DNA of 63,668 nt, the filler included, from Reticulomyxa filosa (lineage: Eukaryota > Protista > Foraminifera): NCBI GenBank assembly GCA_000512085.1. It is 19 parts of 19 records of this genome, joined end to end, with 100 filler letters (N's around TTAATTAATTAA, not from the genome) between each part and the next. Parts side by side here need not be neighbours in the genome. Positions count along the whole stretch, not along the records: positions 45,764 to 61,303 come from ASPP01000652.1; positions 61,404 to 62,404 come from ASPP01019764.1; positions 62,505 to 63,668 come from ASPP01009198.1; 16 more parts are not named here. One strand, 5' to 3'. A program made the position numbers and the translations under genes. The notes beneath the pieces were generated by a model. It was not told the DNA's origin. It made no database searches and saw nothing but the letters and a program-made list of their open reading frames with translations. Positions within the stretch are counted from its first letter, which is position 1. Each line of letters opens with the position of its first letter. Positions 49,798 to 63,530 of the stretch are shown here, piece after piece.

Positions 49798-50458
49798 ATG
49801 TCTCTTGATGGTAATCCGGACGAAAGTGGCGTTGAACAACCCAATAGTGAGCGAATCCAAATAGGGAGGCAAACAATTCTGGTACCAGTAGAAGTACTAA
49901 AAGAAATTCCATATTTTAATTCGTATCATTCTTTTTCAAACCTATCAACGTCACTGCAAAGTGTGGACAATAACAACAGCCCAAGCCAGGCAAGCCCAAG
50001 CCCAAATAATGAGCGCAGTAAAATGATTTCGTTAAATGACATCCCCCAAATAAAAGACGAAGATTTTTTCCGATTTTTCGCATTTTTGTCGGAATATCAC
50101 TCGCGCGTGTCAACGAGCAAGAATAAGAATGCGATCGGGCTAGCGAACACGAAGAAGAAGAAGAAGAAGAAGGCAACAAGTAGCACAAGCGTAAATGAGG
50201 CATTGTCTGTATCACAGGCCGATAGTAGTGAAGAAGAAGAAACAGAGAAGCAAATGGACAAGGAAGTGCTGCGACAATTGCTAAATGGATACGAGTGGTC
50301 AGACATGATTGGGCTGTTGAAAGTGTGTAATTATTTGAACACAGACAATTATGAACGAATGATTATCCAATACCTAAATGAAATGAGTAGTAAGCATGTG
50401 ATTATTGACACTCAATTTTTGAAGTGTTTACAGCAAGAGTTGTTACCCAATACTTCAA

Positions 50459-50531
<73 letters not shown>

Positions 50532-51009
50532 TAATAATTATAACAATGCTAACGACGTCAGTTATCATTCATCATCACCAACGTCAACATCGATAGCGAC
50601 ATCACCATTATCGCCATCGAATGTGGTGATTGGAATGTCGAACTTGAATTCGTGGCTGCGACAGTCGTTGACACAGCGGAAGCTGAACCTTGGCGACATC
50701 GAATGCGCACTAACAGCGTTGATGGACCAGAGCGTGAAGTCGTCAGGGGAAATGGACTTCCAAAAGCAATGGCTCCGAAAGTGGGGTCACATCCAAACCA
50801 TGCTCTGTCAGATTTTCAAGGACCACCTTCAAGGTCTGGCGATCCAAGCTCCCGATACTTCAAATGAAAAAAAATTGGAGGATGACAAGCCAATTGCAAT
50901 TCAAGCCATGGAGTTCTTTTTTGTTTGTTTTGATATACACACATACATATATATGTATATGTATACGTAAATAAATAAAGATATAAAAATATACATATAC
51001 ATACATATA

Positions 51010-51040
<31 letters not shown>

Positions 51041-52047
51041 TCATATTTGTATACGTATTTATATATCAAAACTTTTGGAAACAGTGAGGAACGGTATCAT
51101 GCAGAGCAGCTTTTGTGCAACGTCTTCGATCGTGTAATGGAGTCTTGCAAGGTGATCGGAAACAAATTGATAATAAACGAAGATGTGATGTGGCATTTGA
51201 GTAAGCTGTGGCCGTTCATCGTGCAATTCGAGTGCGAAGAGATGTGCTTGCGCGTGCTGAAATGGTTCGAAAAGGGCCATGTGTATTACATGCAACAGAT
51301 AAACAATTGGAGGATGAACGACTCGAACAACAATAATAATGGAGTGCTGCTTCCAATCGAAACCGAGTTAAACAATGCCAACGAGGTCATCATCGTCACT
51401 GCCGAAACTACCAAAATTGAAAAGCAAATCAAACAAATGGTCAAACAGCTGCTCCTGCTCATCCTTCAGAAAAAAGGCGGTTATCACGTCTGCGACGCAA
51501 GCAAACTCCTGTCTTTAATCTCCATTCGCAATGACGATATTCGAAGCATCTCCAATTCCACCGAGTCGATGCTCGAAATTATGCACAATATCGACAACCA
51601 TAAGTATGCCTCCATTTTTGTCAATGGGGTTATTCACAGCAATTTTAATCACAACATCGCAGTCAAAGTTTGGCATTGCGTCCTTTGTCAATCGCAAAAA
51701 GGGTGGGAAAATATCTCTTTTCAATTGCTCTTGGAATGGATCGAATCTGATCCTTTTTCCGTTGGAAAATTTTATCGCTTACGAGAAATGTTTGATTTCT
51801 TTTTCTTTCTTTCTTTTCTTTTCTTTTGTTTTCGTAACTTTATCATTTATGTCTGCACCTGGGTTTTTTATTATCTACTTTTGACTTTGCAAACAGGGTT
51901 AGGGAACATGATGCCGAATTGGCACAAATCATCATGAATTCTAATAATAAAGATGCTGTGACCATTTGCAAAATTATCTTTAAGCATGCCTATCCTCAAT
52001 GTGGAGAAAAGGTAGAAGGACTTATTTCCAAAATGTTATTTTATTAG
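49798..52047 (+). CDS. BTB/POZ(SKP1-like)-domain protein with poly-Asn, three exons
   Basis: RIQIGRQTILVPVEVLKEIPYF..ISLNDIPQIKDEDFFRFFAFL..DMIGLLKVCNYLN. Exons are ~49798-50910, ~51084-51760 and ~51897-52047 (TAG). Confidence 0.7.
50461..50545 (+). repeat. (AAT)n microsatellite encoding poly-Asn
   Basis: Trinucleotide run within the BTB gene exon. Confidence 0.95.
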
Positions 52048-53381
52048 GTTTTTTTTTTGTGTTTATTTTTGCTGTTTTTTGGTTTGCTTGCAATGCACAA
52101 CTTTTTTTTTTTGGAGTGTTTTTAAAAAATAGCGCAAAATAAGAGGGCCTGGGCAAAAAAATTTTATTAAAAGTTTTTCCTGTCGGCAAACCGTATTATC
52201 AAACTTTACATTAAATTTTGATTTTTATGCTGCTGTAAAAATATTTAACAAGTCCACAGCCTCAAGCCATTGACATTTTTTAAAGGTAATCAATTTGCTG
52301 GTATAAATAAATTGAACAACAATTTCAAAAATTTAGAATACAAAAACTTGTATTTTTGGGAGCGTGCACTGATCGATTTAGGTGCTAAGCAACAGTCTTT
52401 TTTGAGAAAACTTAAAAAGGAAGACAGCTGAGTTTTCTGTTTAGTTTATTCACGTCCTTGTCTCTTATTGTGTTCAATTGTCAAATTTATTTTGATTCAA
52501 TAAAACTTGAGAGTAATGGTTTTTTGAAGTCGAAACTTGACAACAAAGATTTTTCGAGAAACTGGGACCAATAGGTGTGATCCTTTTGTTAATTGCAAGG
52601 GAGGGTACCCATATTTTTTATTTTCATGTTTTTTATCATGTCCGACTTTGCGGTCGTGTGCATAAAATATTTTTTTTTACTTATCGTGATGATCAAAACT
52701 GGTACTGGCCGAGGCGTTTCTTTTCAAAGAAATTGCCAAATGATGTACTGTTTTATTCTGAGCTTTTCGTTTGTCTCCAATTTCAATTTTGCGAGCAATC
52801 ACAAAGATCGTGTTTGGTTGTTTCTTTGATTTAGGTGAAAAATTACATAAATCACGCCGCCTTAAAATTAGCGTGTAAACATTGCAAGTTGCACTTATTT
52901 GGGAAGGGAATTGAATAAGTTTTGTAATTTTTTTGTTTTAATTGGTTTTTTTGTGATGAATCTCTAACATACTAACAGATAGAGTCTCTGATTTTTGTGA
53001 TGGAGACATTTAGACTGAATTTTTTCAATTTTTTAAAAAATGTAAACAGAACGCAAAAATGTAAATCCTTTTTTTTATGTACTTGATATTTGATATAGAT
53101 GGCAAAAATCCGTTTGGTGTTAAACACTTGTGTTGACATTTTAAGAAATTTCAAACTTTTTTGAAAATTGTAACATTTTTTTTAATTCAGAATTTAAAAA
53201 CAAAAAATTTTCTCAATAATTTGAAAAAATACAAAAACTTTCACGTAACAATCCAAATTTCTTAGTTATCTCCAACGAAAATTGTCAAAAAAAGGTAGAA
53301 TAGTGTGGGGGCTTTTTTTAACTTAAAAATCACGTGCGTAAGACGCAAACCCCCCCCAGAGGAAAAAAAAAAGGAAAAAAT

Positions 53382-54730
53382 ATGGATGTTATCGACGAAT
53401 GGATGTATGAGTATTTCGCTCTTCATGATGACCACTCACTTTTGCAAGGTTAGCAGTAAAAAAAAATTAACGTTTGCATGGTGTATTGAAAGAAAAGAAC
53501 CCAACCAGAACGTTAAAGTTGCTGGAACAAATGAATAATAAATACGGAATAGCACTCATTGACGACAAACCTGTGCCGAAAAGCGAAACCATGGAATATT
53601 TGACAATGATAACAAAAGCAAAATCTTTAATGATGCAGACTGACTCTAAGAATCTGATTCACGTTTTGCCTGATATAGTGTTGTTGTTGCGGAAAATTTA
53701 CCCCTCTCGTTCATTGGTTGCAAAAAAAGAGTCCACAAAGATAGCAGATAGGAACTTATGTCAACTATTGATGATGTTGGTTCAATTAGAAAATGCAACG
53801 AAAGTGCGAGCAATTCTAAGCACAGAATATTATAAAAAAGGCGAAGCAGAGATGGAACAGTATAAATCATATTGTGAAAAGTATCTACGGCCAGATATAG
53901 TACTGAAATATAGTCCGATAGAATTTGGCAAAAAAGTAAGTGGAACCAAAGGCATCAAGCAAGGGAGTAGTGATAATGCAGACGTGGAATTGTTTGCAAT
54001 TCCAGAATATGTGTTAATGCATCTCAGCGGCAAGCTGAGACCAATAATTAACCAAGCGACAAACAAGAAACTGCCACAGCCGAATTATGTCTTATATACA
54101 ACCTATCGTAAAGCCGAAATACTACCAAAAACGTGGAAAAATGGTGCACAAAAATTTTTGGAATATTGTGATGAGAAAAAGTTAAACAATATTCTGATCA
54201 AATAATGTTTATTTATTTATTTTAAATTTGCTGAGTAATCCAAAAAAAAAAAAAATATATATATATATATATATGTGTATATAAATGTGTATGTATTTAT
54301 ATATTAAGATATGAAAAACGCATCAATGATACGTTGGAACTGGCCATCAGATACTATGGTGTGACGAAAGAAAAATGTTCGATAGTCCGTGTGAGTCAAA
54401 ACAATTGGGACACATTGATGGAACAGTACAAAAGCGAGCAAAAGAAAAAAGAGGAGGAGAACCAGAGCCGTTGGCGAAAGCGAACGGAAACGAAGATAAT
54501 GAAGAACAAGGAAGAATTGATCAACTTGATAAGGACAATAGACGAAAATTGTGGCGGGGCATTGTATCCTGTCATCAACAAAGATGATCTTACAGAAGAG
54601 GAGGAGGCATGGTTAAAGGTGAGACAAGCATGGAATCCAATTACACTGTATTGTGTTGTAGATATTACCGATGTTCCGGATACATGTCTGAGTCTAAACA
54701 AATCAAATAAAAAAAAAAAAAAAAAAATGA

Positions 54731-54761
<31 letters not shown>

Positions 54762-56878
54762 GTACATGTATATATAAATATATAAATATATAAATATTAT
54801 AATGCTATCTCTTATCAATTTGATCTTCTTACAGTGAGCGTGGTCGAAATGTCAGCCGAGCACATTCGCGGCATGGTGCATAACCTCACGGTGCCAAGTA
54901 CTCGGCCTTTTGCTGGCTCCAAGTCGATACCGATAGAAGACAGACACAAGGTGTGTCCACGCCGGAATGAAGCGGACAAGCTGATATTGGACGAGAGATG
55001 TCGCAGCTTCATCTCCTTGCGATCCCAATTAGCGGATACCGCAGTCCAAGCCAAGATCAAGATATTTGAGTCGTCGCCCAAATTCAAGTTGGCCGAAAAG
55101 ACGCGCAGACAATTGGAACATCTGTTTTGTAATATTTTTGACAGTCACAAGCCAAATGGGTATGAAATGGAGTTGCAAGAGGTTAATGGATCGAGACCAG
55201 AAAAGACCAAAAAGGAGAGAAAGAAGGAGAGTGTGAATGTGAAAGAAAATAGCAATGGTGCTAATGATTATAATTATAACGATAGCAATGACGATGACGA
55301 CCTTACGTTCATAGTTTCTGCGATTGAACACTCTGACGAAATAAAGAAACAGGAACAAAATGAAAAAAGATTCGCTTTGATTCGCGAGATACTTCCAACA
55401 CTGCTCGCGACAGCAAATCATGAAAAGCACTTGCTTCCCGCGAATAATAGCGCTAACATCGACCCTTCTTTTGTTGCCGTCGCATCTCCTTCCATTGGTA
55501 TCTCTGGGGTGACCACCGTTCACGATGCATTCGCTCGAGGGTCCTCCCATCTTTCGTCTATGGAACAGACGACGGAGTGGTCGTTGTCAAATATAGAGAA
55601 AATTATCAAGGAGGAGGAGGAGAAAGAAGAAAAAGAACAAAAAGAAGAGAAAAATAGAAAAAAAAATAATAAGAAAAATAAAAAAGAAAAGGAAAAGAAA
55701 AAAGAAAAAGAAAAAAACCAAAACAAAAAGAAAAAGAAAAAGAAAAAAAAAAGAAAAAAAAAAACCAACAACGGAGATAAGCGGATCTGAACCAATCACT
55801 AGTGATATGATCGGGTCCAGCTCTTCTTCCTCATTGATCACTACTAATCCGACGGAAATAAGGGTGGAAAAAGTGCTACCAACGCTGCCGCTAAAACACA
55901 AAGAGCTATCTTCCAAACCCTTGTTTTCACAACAAAAAATAAAGTTTCAGACAATCAACAAAGAAGGGAAAAAAAGCCCTGCCACGAAACAGGATGTGTT
56001 GTCTTTTGCCAAAAGTGTTGAGGATGTCCACGAACATATCTCTGTGAAGGAAGAAAAGGAAGAGACAGAGAAGGAAAATAAAAGTGCAACTCAAAAAACG
56101 AAAGAACAAAATAAACGAGTACACAAAGCAACTGACAAAAACGAAACACATGCGTTCAAACAACAAAAAAGACCCTTTTCCGAAATGCAACACGAAGATG
56201 CTTCTGTTGTCAGCTCTTTTTTTGAAAACGCCAGCACAACGCTATCTTCCAAACACAAATCTACTCCTGCACATACACTCTCAAAATCAACGAAAAAAAG
56301 TGCGATCCAAATCGCTCTGGAGGACTCCACTGGAAAACATGGCACTGAATTGAAATGGAAAGGGAATGGAGATGTTTTTGATTTGCTTGAAGGAGACGAA
56401 GCGAGCCAAATCGAAGGTTTGTAACGTTTTATGCGTGTATACATTGATTTCTTTGTCTGTCCATTTCCAAAAAAAATATAGACGAAGGTATGACTGGGGT
56501 GCTGTCAATTCCAGTGGTAGGAGAGATAATGCCGCTCTTAGAAAAAGAAAAAAAGAAAAAAAAATCGCGCAAACCACGTGAAAGAACTCCATGGACCCAA
56601 GAGGTATTTTTTCTTTGCTGTTCCACTTTTTTATCCCACACATTAACTTTTTTTCTTCTTCTCTGTGTAAATACACATAAAAGGAAAGTGACGCATTTGT
56701 CGAAGCTTACAAAAAACATCGAGAATACCGTGCAAAAAACCCCCATTACAACATATGGATAAAAATGCTGCGAGATCCAGAATATGAAAAAGTATTTTCT
56801 GGGAAAGATAACCTTCAGCTAAGGTTAAAAGCAAGAAATTTGATACGTGCCAAAAAACTTGAACCTTTGCCTAACTGA
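53382..56878 (+). CDS. Large protein with a single C-terminal telobox-type Myb domain (TRF/Tbf1-like)
   Basis: ATG at 53382 gives MDVIDEWMYEYF. Exons are in ORFs 53474-54205, 54334-54777, 54834-55790 and 55807-56424, with a poly-A frameshift at ~55760. The spliced end reads RKPRERTPWTQE/ESDAFVEAYKKH..IWIKMLRDPEYEKVFSGKDNLQLRLKARNL..PN*. Confidence 0.7.
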
Positions 56879-57044
56879 ATTACTCCACGGATAATTACAT
56901 GCAAGCAGTGTTTTATGAGCAATGCCAAAATTAAAAAGTGCTTTTGTTAGACATGCTACTAATATAAAAAAACAACAAAAAAAAATCATTTAATGAAGAT
57001 TTAATCTTTGCAACCGCAATGAACAAATAAATAAAATATTTCTT

Positions 57045-57735
57045 TTATTTCTTTGTTTTATCAGTAGATGGCATTTTTTCAACAAATGGCATTCCAAAGT
57101 CCTTCAATTTTTTCCGGAACGCTTCTTCTTCTTCTTTTGAAAACAAAGTATCTTCTGACATAGCATTGTAAACTTCCAACTCTTCGTCCCAAAACTGAGA
57201 ATTATCCCACACGTGCTTGATTCCAAAAAGGTGAATCGAATCAACAATGCCAATGATTGGGCGTACCTTTTGAATTTGTGAGAGTTTGGCTTGTTGTCGT
57301 TGTTGTTGTTCAAGTTCAGTAAATGGTTTGCGCAGACCACTTTTAATCTTTTCCGCTTCTACAGCGTCGTACTTGGCCCAGTTGCTGTTAATATCAGTTT
57401 CAATGCCTTTCAGCCTTCGATACAATTTTCTCACTAATCTGCGGTCTCTTGCTGCATACCATAAGCGCATTGCGTTGAATAAGCTCGTATGCCATGGTTC
57501 ATTTTCTTTTGAATTTCGTACCAACAATTGGAAATATTGATTCATCAATATATTTCGCATTTGTGCCTGATCCAACTGACTCTTTTCCCAATCCGGCCAA
57601 GTTTTCAAAGAGCCCCCACTTCTTTCATATTCAGACGTGCTCATTAGTTTTTCGTGGTATGGATCTGAAGGGGGAAGGAGGGAGTGTACATTATATTGTT
57701 GCCAACAAGGAGTGTAAGGACTCAAATGTAAAACA

Positions 57736-57770
<35 letters not shown>

Positions 57771-58756
57771 ACCTCAAACCGGCAATATTTTCAATAATTT
57801 TTAAAGTCTCCAATTGTATTTGATCTTCAATTGCGGCTTCGCGTTCGCCCTGTCCTTCCATGGAGCCCATAAACGAGGACGGAACTTTCTCGTTGCGTTT
57901 GGCTATATCCGGTTGTGAAGCTTTCTGCAAGGAATAGGTATCAACTAAGTTTTGCAACTCTTCCATATTCTTACTTCGATGCACTAAATATTCTCGCAAA
58001 GGACGAAAACCGAATGCCATTTGCGTCTTTTGCAAATGCAAAGCATCTTCGCTAATTTTATCCCATTTGCTTAATCCATATTTTTTCAGTATTGCCGTGC
58101 GTTCATTACGCTGAGATTCGTCTTTGTCATCTCCACCAACCGTGCCCTTTCGATGTGGCTTCTTTTCCTCTTCAATTTGTATCTTCCCCAATTGCTCGAT
58201 GTCTTGCTCTATTTTTTGATTGGTTGCCAATACTTTGTCCAACACGCTGAAGTCATGCGTGTGCTCTTCTGCCTGTCCTTCTTTTTCGTACGATGGCATC
58301 TGATGTTTCAATTGTGGATATTTCGATGCGAATGCTGAACGATATTGTTGATTCAACAAATTACCACGGAACCTTCATTGATTTTTTTTTTTAATTTTGT
58401 TTCATTTTACATTTTTCAAAAAAATAAAATAAAATAAATTACTTTGGGGAACGGAATTTGGAACGAGTGTACGCTTCATCTACTTCCAGTAACACAACTT
58501 TTGGCTGGAGTGTGTCAATTATACGCTCAATTCTTTCTAGAGATTTTGGACAGTTGTAAATGTCCCCGATCACGTAAACGTTCTTTTCTTCGTATTTCAA
58601 CACCAGTGCTGTTCTTGAATTTGTTAACTCATTCAATACTTTCTGTTCTCCTTCAGTTAGGGAGCCAGTTTGACTCGAAAAACGCTTTTGAGCTGCATTT
58701 ATGAGCCCTAAGCGAGCAATTCGACGAAGGTTTGCTAGGTTTTGAAGCATTATCAT
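57045..58756 (-). CDS. Divergent TraB/PrgY (TRABD-like) protein with a mitochondrial presequence
   Basis: MLQNLANLRRIARLGLINAAQKRFSS (presequence), NVYVIGDIYNCPKSLERIERIIDTLQPKVVLLEVD (TraB N-motif), and AARDRRLVRKL..IIGIVDSIHLFGIKHVW (TraB C-motif). Two introns. Confidence 0.65.
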
Positions 58757-59432
58757 TCCATAAAAAAAAGGGGTCTACTTCGACGGCGCGTTCAACGACG
58801 CTAACCAAAATCAGCATAGCAAAACAGAAAGAAAAGCATTTTGAGTGTGATTGTAATGTGCGACGTTTTTCAATAAATTTGTTTCTAAACGTTCATCAAT
58901 TTACTGCATGTATGTATATCAAAATAAACAACCTCATTTCAGAACTACAAAAGAGTCAGATAAAAGGAAAAATGAAATTAAATTTCAATGATAATCTAAA
59001 TTGCGGAGGATGAAAGTTTTGGAATTGAAGTACGGACTACAGAAGAAAAATCAAACACTTGCTGCGGGAACCACGTTTCCAGCGATCCCTTGATCTTAGG
59101 GTCTTGGGAATGAACAATGGAAATATCCACACATTCCTGAAGTTAATGATTAAAAAAGAAAAAACAACTCACACCAAACAACATCCAAGTTGTATTGATT
59201 TTATAACAATTTCTTCAAAACGTTATCCAGTAATATTTTTCAACGTACTGGATTGTGCGTGTTTGCCTTTCTCAAATTTTCCCTCTCCTCTTTCTCTCCC
59301 TCTCCCCTCTCTAAATGCGATAACGGTAATCGGGAAAAACAAAAGACAAATTTTCCGCTCCACCCTACCCCTCTTCCTTCCTCATCAATCACAACACGAA
59401 GCACAAGTTTTGCAGTTTTTCTTGAAACAATT

Positions 59433-61303
59433 TTATCTTTTACACGCAATGATTTCAGGATGTACCCGCCATTGCCACGTCGCTGCCTTTGTCTGTTTTT
59501 GGAGTCTGGCCAATAAGCACAACAAACATCCCAAATAGAATTATATGCACATGTGTGTATATTTCTTAAACATTTATAAAAGTTATGAAATGGTTAAGTA
59601 TATATATATGTATATATATATATACAAATATATGTATATGTGTTGTGTATATAATACACAAGATCTATTCTTACTTTTTGATGAGTATTTCTCCCAGTTC
59701 CAATGAGCAGCTTTTGGATCGGTGGAGCTTTGGCATAGGGTGATATGCCAGTGATATTGGCTTCTTTGTCTTTCCCCACTTCCGGTTCCCTCTTGTACAG
59801 TTTTTGTGGAGTAGGCACGGGATGGCTTTGCAACTGCGAAGTGGAAGGCTGAAGAAGAGGAGGTGGAGGAGGAGGAGGAGGAGGAGGCGGAGGTGGAATT
59901 GTGGATGACGTAGAAGCAACAGAAGGAAGAGGGGAGGTGGCAGACGGATAGGAGGCATAAGGTGAATATCCGTAATAAGACGGATGATATCCTGAGTAAT
60001 GGTAGCCATAGTACGAATACCCATGCGACACTGACGAAGATGATGAAGGAGGCGGAGGAGGAGGAGAGGGGGGAGGAGGTTGGAGTGGATTGACTGATTT
60101 GTTGACATCATTCGACGATGGCAACACTTTATTGTTATGATTCGCGATGCTCGTGTCACGATGATTGCTCGCGGGGATAGCCATGTCTTTGGTCATTTCA
60201 ATGTCATATTGTTGAGCAAGTTCTGCTCCGCCTAATGATGTGGTCATGTCTTCCAAACTTGTTCCTTTTGTTTGTATGTCGTCTTGACTTCTTTGTGGTG
60301 GCTCATTGTCTTGAAATGTATTTTTTGTTATTTTTTCTTTATCGTTATCTTTGTCTTTGTCCTTGTCCTTTTCCTCCATTGTGACTGAGTTGGGATGTAC
60401 ACTCCCCGATGAGTTTGATGGAACGGGTGGAAAAGGAGGCTGTGACGGAGGATAGATGGACATGACGTTGGGGGGCTGTGGATACGAGTATGTCCCATAG
60501 CCATGATATGGGGGATGGGAAGGACCGTAAGAGTAATAAGGGGAGCCATAGGCAAAGCTACCAGTCCCTGGAGGGGGTGCCGTGCCGCCACCGGACGGAT
60601 GTGTTGGAAGGGCGTTTGGCCGCCCACTCAGCGGCTGCTTACTGCTTCCCGCATTTGTGGCGTTGACGCCCCCTTTCGAAAGTGGCACACTCGACGGGAC
60701 ATGCATCTGAGGATGATATTCCACACCTCGCGCCTTCCCTTGCAGACAAAGTCGCAATTGATCCAATAAAGGACACGACGGCATACCTACTGCTTGGGGT
60801 TCGTCTTTGTGTTGTAATGTGTCTGTTCCTGTCGCATTTGGATTTGCATTTGCATTTGCATTAATATTTATATTTGTATTTATATTTGTATTTGTCATTG
60901 TATCAGTGGAATGACATGTGTCAAATGTGTTTGCATTATTGTCCGCTTTAGATTCCACGCGGTCGTATAAAGCCTTGTTTAGCTTTTCACAGTGCAAAAC
61001 CACATCTTTGGCGCGCTTCATGGACGAAATCAAAGCGTCGGACAAATTGTAAACGGCGTTACCATGTTCATTTGCTTTCTGTTGTTCCTGTTGGGCCAAT
61101 GCGACCAACCAAGGCACTTCTTCACTATCCACCACTTGTGCCAATGTTACGTCGTTTTTTTTCCCTTTCTTTTCTTTGCTATGTTCCCTTTCGTCTTTGT
61201 CTCCAAATTTTGTAGATTTCGAATAATACGCAATGTCTCCAAGTTCTTCGTCGTTCTTCTCTTCTTCTTCTTCTTCCTCCTCCTCTTCTTCTTCTTCTTC
61301 TTC
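59433..61303 (-). CDS. Pro/Tyr/Ser-rich low-complexity protein (5' partial)
   Basis: ORF 59594-61144 has poly-Pro and YGY repeats. An acidic stretch lies at the contig edge. Probable last exon TKAATWQWRVHPEIIACKR*. Confidence 0.65.
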
Positions 61304-62707
61304 NNNNNNNNNNNNNNNNNNNNNNNNNNNNNNNNNNNNNNNNNNNNTTAATTAATTAANNNNNNNNNNNNNNNNNNNNNNNNNNNNNNNNNNNNNNNNN
61401 NNNGGAACTCTTCAATTCGTCATAATTTTGTTTCAATTAAAAATATTTATTTTGAAATTATGCTTTATTGAGTTATTTTATTATTAAAATCACCTTCACA
61501 CATTCGTTCGATTGGAACACAATTCTATCATATCTTTGGTTGTTCATGATTTATATATTGGAGTTTCAATTACTTTATGAATAGCACATTTTCTAGCTAT
61601 TTGTTTATTTCATTTTTTTAGTGTCAAAGCGCAACCGTATAATCGACATTTACTTGGGTTTAACTTTAAAAAGAATATATTGAAACGTTATTGATGAACC
61701 TTTAAACAAATTATTCATTTATTAAGAAATTAAAAATACAACGTTCCTAATGTCAAGAAACATTCAAACATAGAGCAACTTGTATTTGAATGAGAAAATT
61801 ACAATAATAAAAAAAAGAGTTACTTTTGTTTTATTTATTTAATTCTCGTCTTTGTACATTGTGTGCACCAACCGGAATGTTAATTATTTATCCAAAATCA
61901 CTGGAATGTTTTTCAAGTTATTTAGTACATCGTTTTTCCTCGTTAAAATTACTAACCAAAATAAAATACAAACAAGAGATTCGTCTTCTCATTAGTACTT
62001 ATAAGCTTTTGTACCTGCCATATTGTGCAAATAAAAAATAACTGCTAGTCTCAATAAAAAGTGTATTTTTGAAATATGAAACAACACTCACTTTTTAATT
62101 AATATTTAATGATTTATCAAATGAAAAAGAAATTGGATCGATAAATTAACAGCTAAATTAAAAGTAAATACACAAAATTGCACTTGTGAAGTTTTATAAT
62201 TAGATGATAATAATTAAAATATCTTCAATATTAAATTAAGATCCTAATGAAAGGAAACAAATAGTGTGCATCCTTAATCAGTAATAGAGAATATGTGCTA
62301 CAAGAAGAATATTTTACAAAAAAAAAAAGATGCATGGAAAATATTAAAATTGTACCTGATTAGCAAGGAAATGATTGGTTTGTTTATTGATTCAATTACC
62401 TTTANNNNNNNNNNNNNNNNNNNNNNNNNNNNNNNNNNNNNNNNNNNNTTAATTAATTAANNNNNNNNNNNNNNNNNNNNNNNNNNNNNNNNNNNNNNNN
62501 NNNNTTTAATTGACGAAACAAACCCGTTGAATCCAAGATATTACCAAATTTGCCAGGTGCTGGGAGAAAAAATTTCTTTATACACCAATCATGTAACAAA
62601 CAAAATCCACCCCACCTCATGACTTTCCTTAGCAAACTGGCTTTTCGGTATGGGAAAAAAAAGAAGTAAACCACTCAAACAGCGGTGTTCAATGCAAATG
62701 ATATGCA

Positions 62708-63530
62708 TTAATCATTCTTTTCTTCATCACCTTGTTCTTGAGTACTGTTGTAATTTCCGTTAGTAGCTCGTGCCAAGTTAGCTTCCAATTGAGCAATTCG
62801 TTCCTTCAATTCGACATTTTCCTGTTCCAGTTCTCCATATGTTTTTTTCTTAACAAACGTACTGACTTGGCTTGTTGAACTAGTGTTTTCCTTCAAAGCT
62901 GGGTTCATTGATGTTGTCACTGGTGGTTTATTTTCACCTTTTAACCAAACATCAGACTGAAGAGCTGGACGACCTGCAAAAGCATCAGGGAAGATATCTT
63001 CTTGAAACACTTCAGCGCCTGCTTTACGTGGCACCTTACAAATAACAAAAAAGAAATTTTTATTATTGCTTTGGTTTGTATAATGTTCCCTTCTTTCATA
63101 TATGACATTGTATTGTATGTATATTTATTTGAATACAACATACAATGAAAGAGATAGGCACGACAGTACTCTTTGTAAGTTTATAAAACCTCGCAATTTC
63201 GCATTTCCACACATCACAAGCCCTTTTTGGAAGCCAACCTCCGCCTTTTTGAGGTTCAGGGTTTCGGTAAGCACTGAGCAAATAGGCAATTTTGTCATCA
63301 TTGACTAACTCATAATAAGTAATATTTCCTTCACCTTTTCCGGTCAAATACAACAGACCATTGTCGTTGTCAAAATAAGGATATAACACACTGGCGGCCT
63401 GATCAATGTCGTTTTCGTACAATGGCTTTTCGAGTTTTCGTAAATCCCATATTTTCATCTGTCGCTTTGCAGATCGTGAAAATCCAGTGCCTCCAATCCA
63501 TCCAAGGCTTTCTGACCAAAACACTTTGCT
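62708..63530 (-). CDS. CORO: Coronin, 3' part
   Basis: TGFSRSAKRQMKIWD..LYPYFDNDNGLLYLTGKGEGNITYYE..PQKGGGWLPKRACDVWKCEIARFYKL..PISFI/VPRKAGAEVFQEDIFPD, plus a C-terminal coiled coil. Confidence 0.95.

Noticed and set aside
59000-59150. EQWKYPHIPEV resembling the NOG1 C-terminal motif
   Set aside because: Too short, flanked by stops, with no supporting neighbouring motifs.
2101-62504. Recurring TTAATTAATTAA palindrome as a CRISPR repeat, recombination site or element end
   Set aside because: It is always embedded in exactly 44+44 Ns and gives stops in all six frames, so it is an artificial joining linker.
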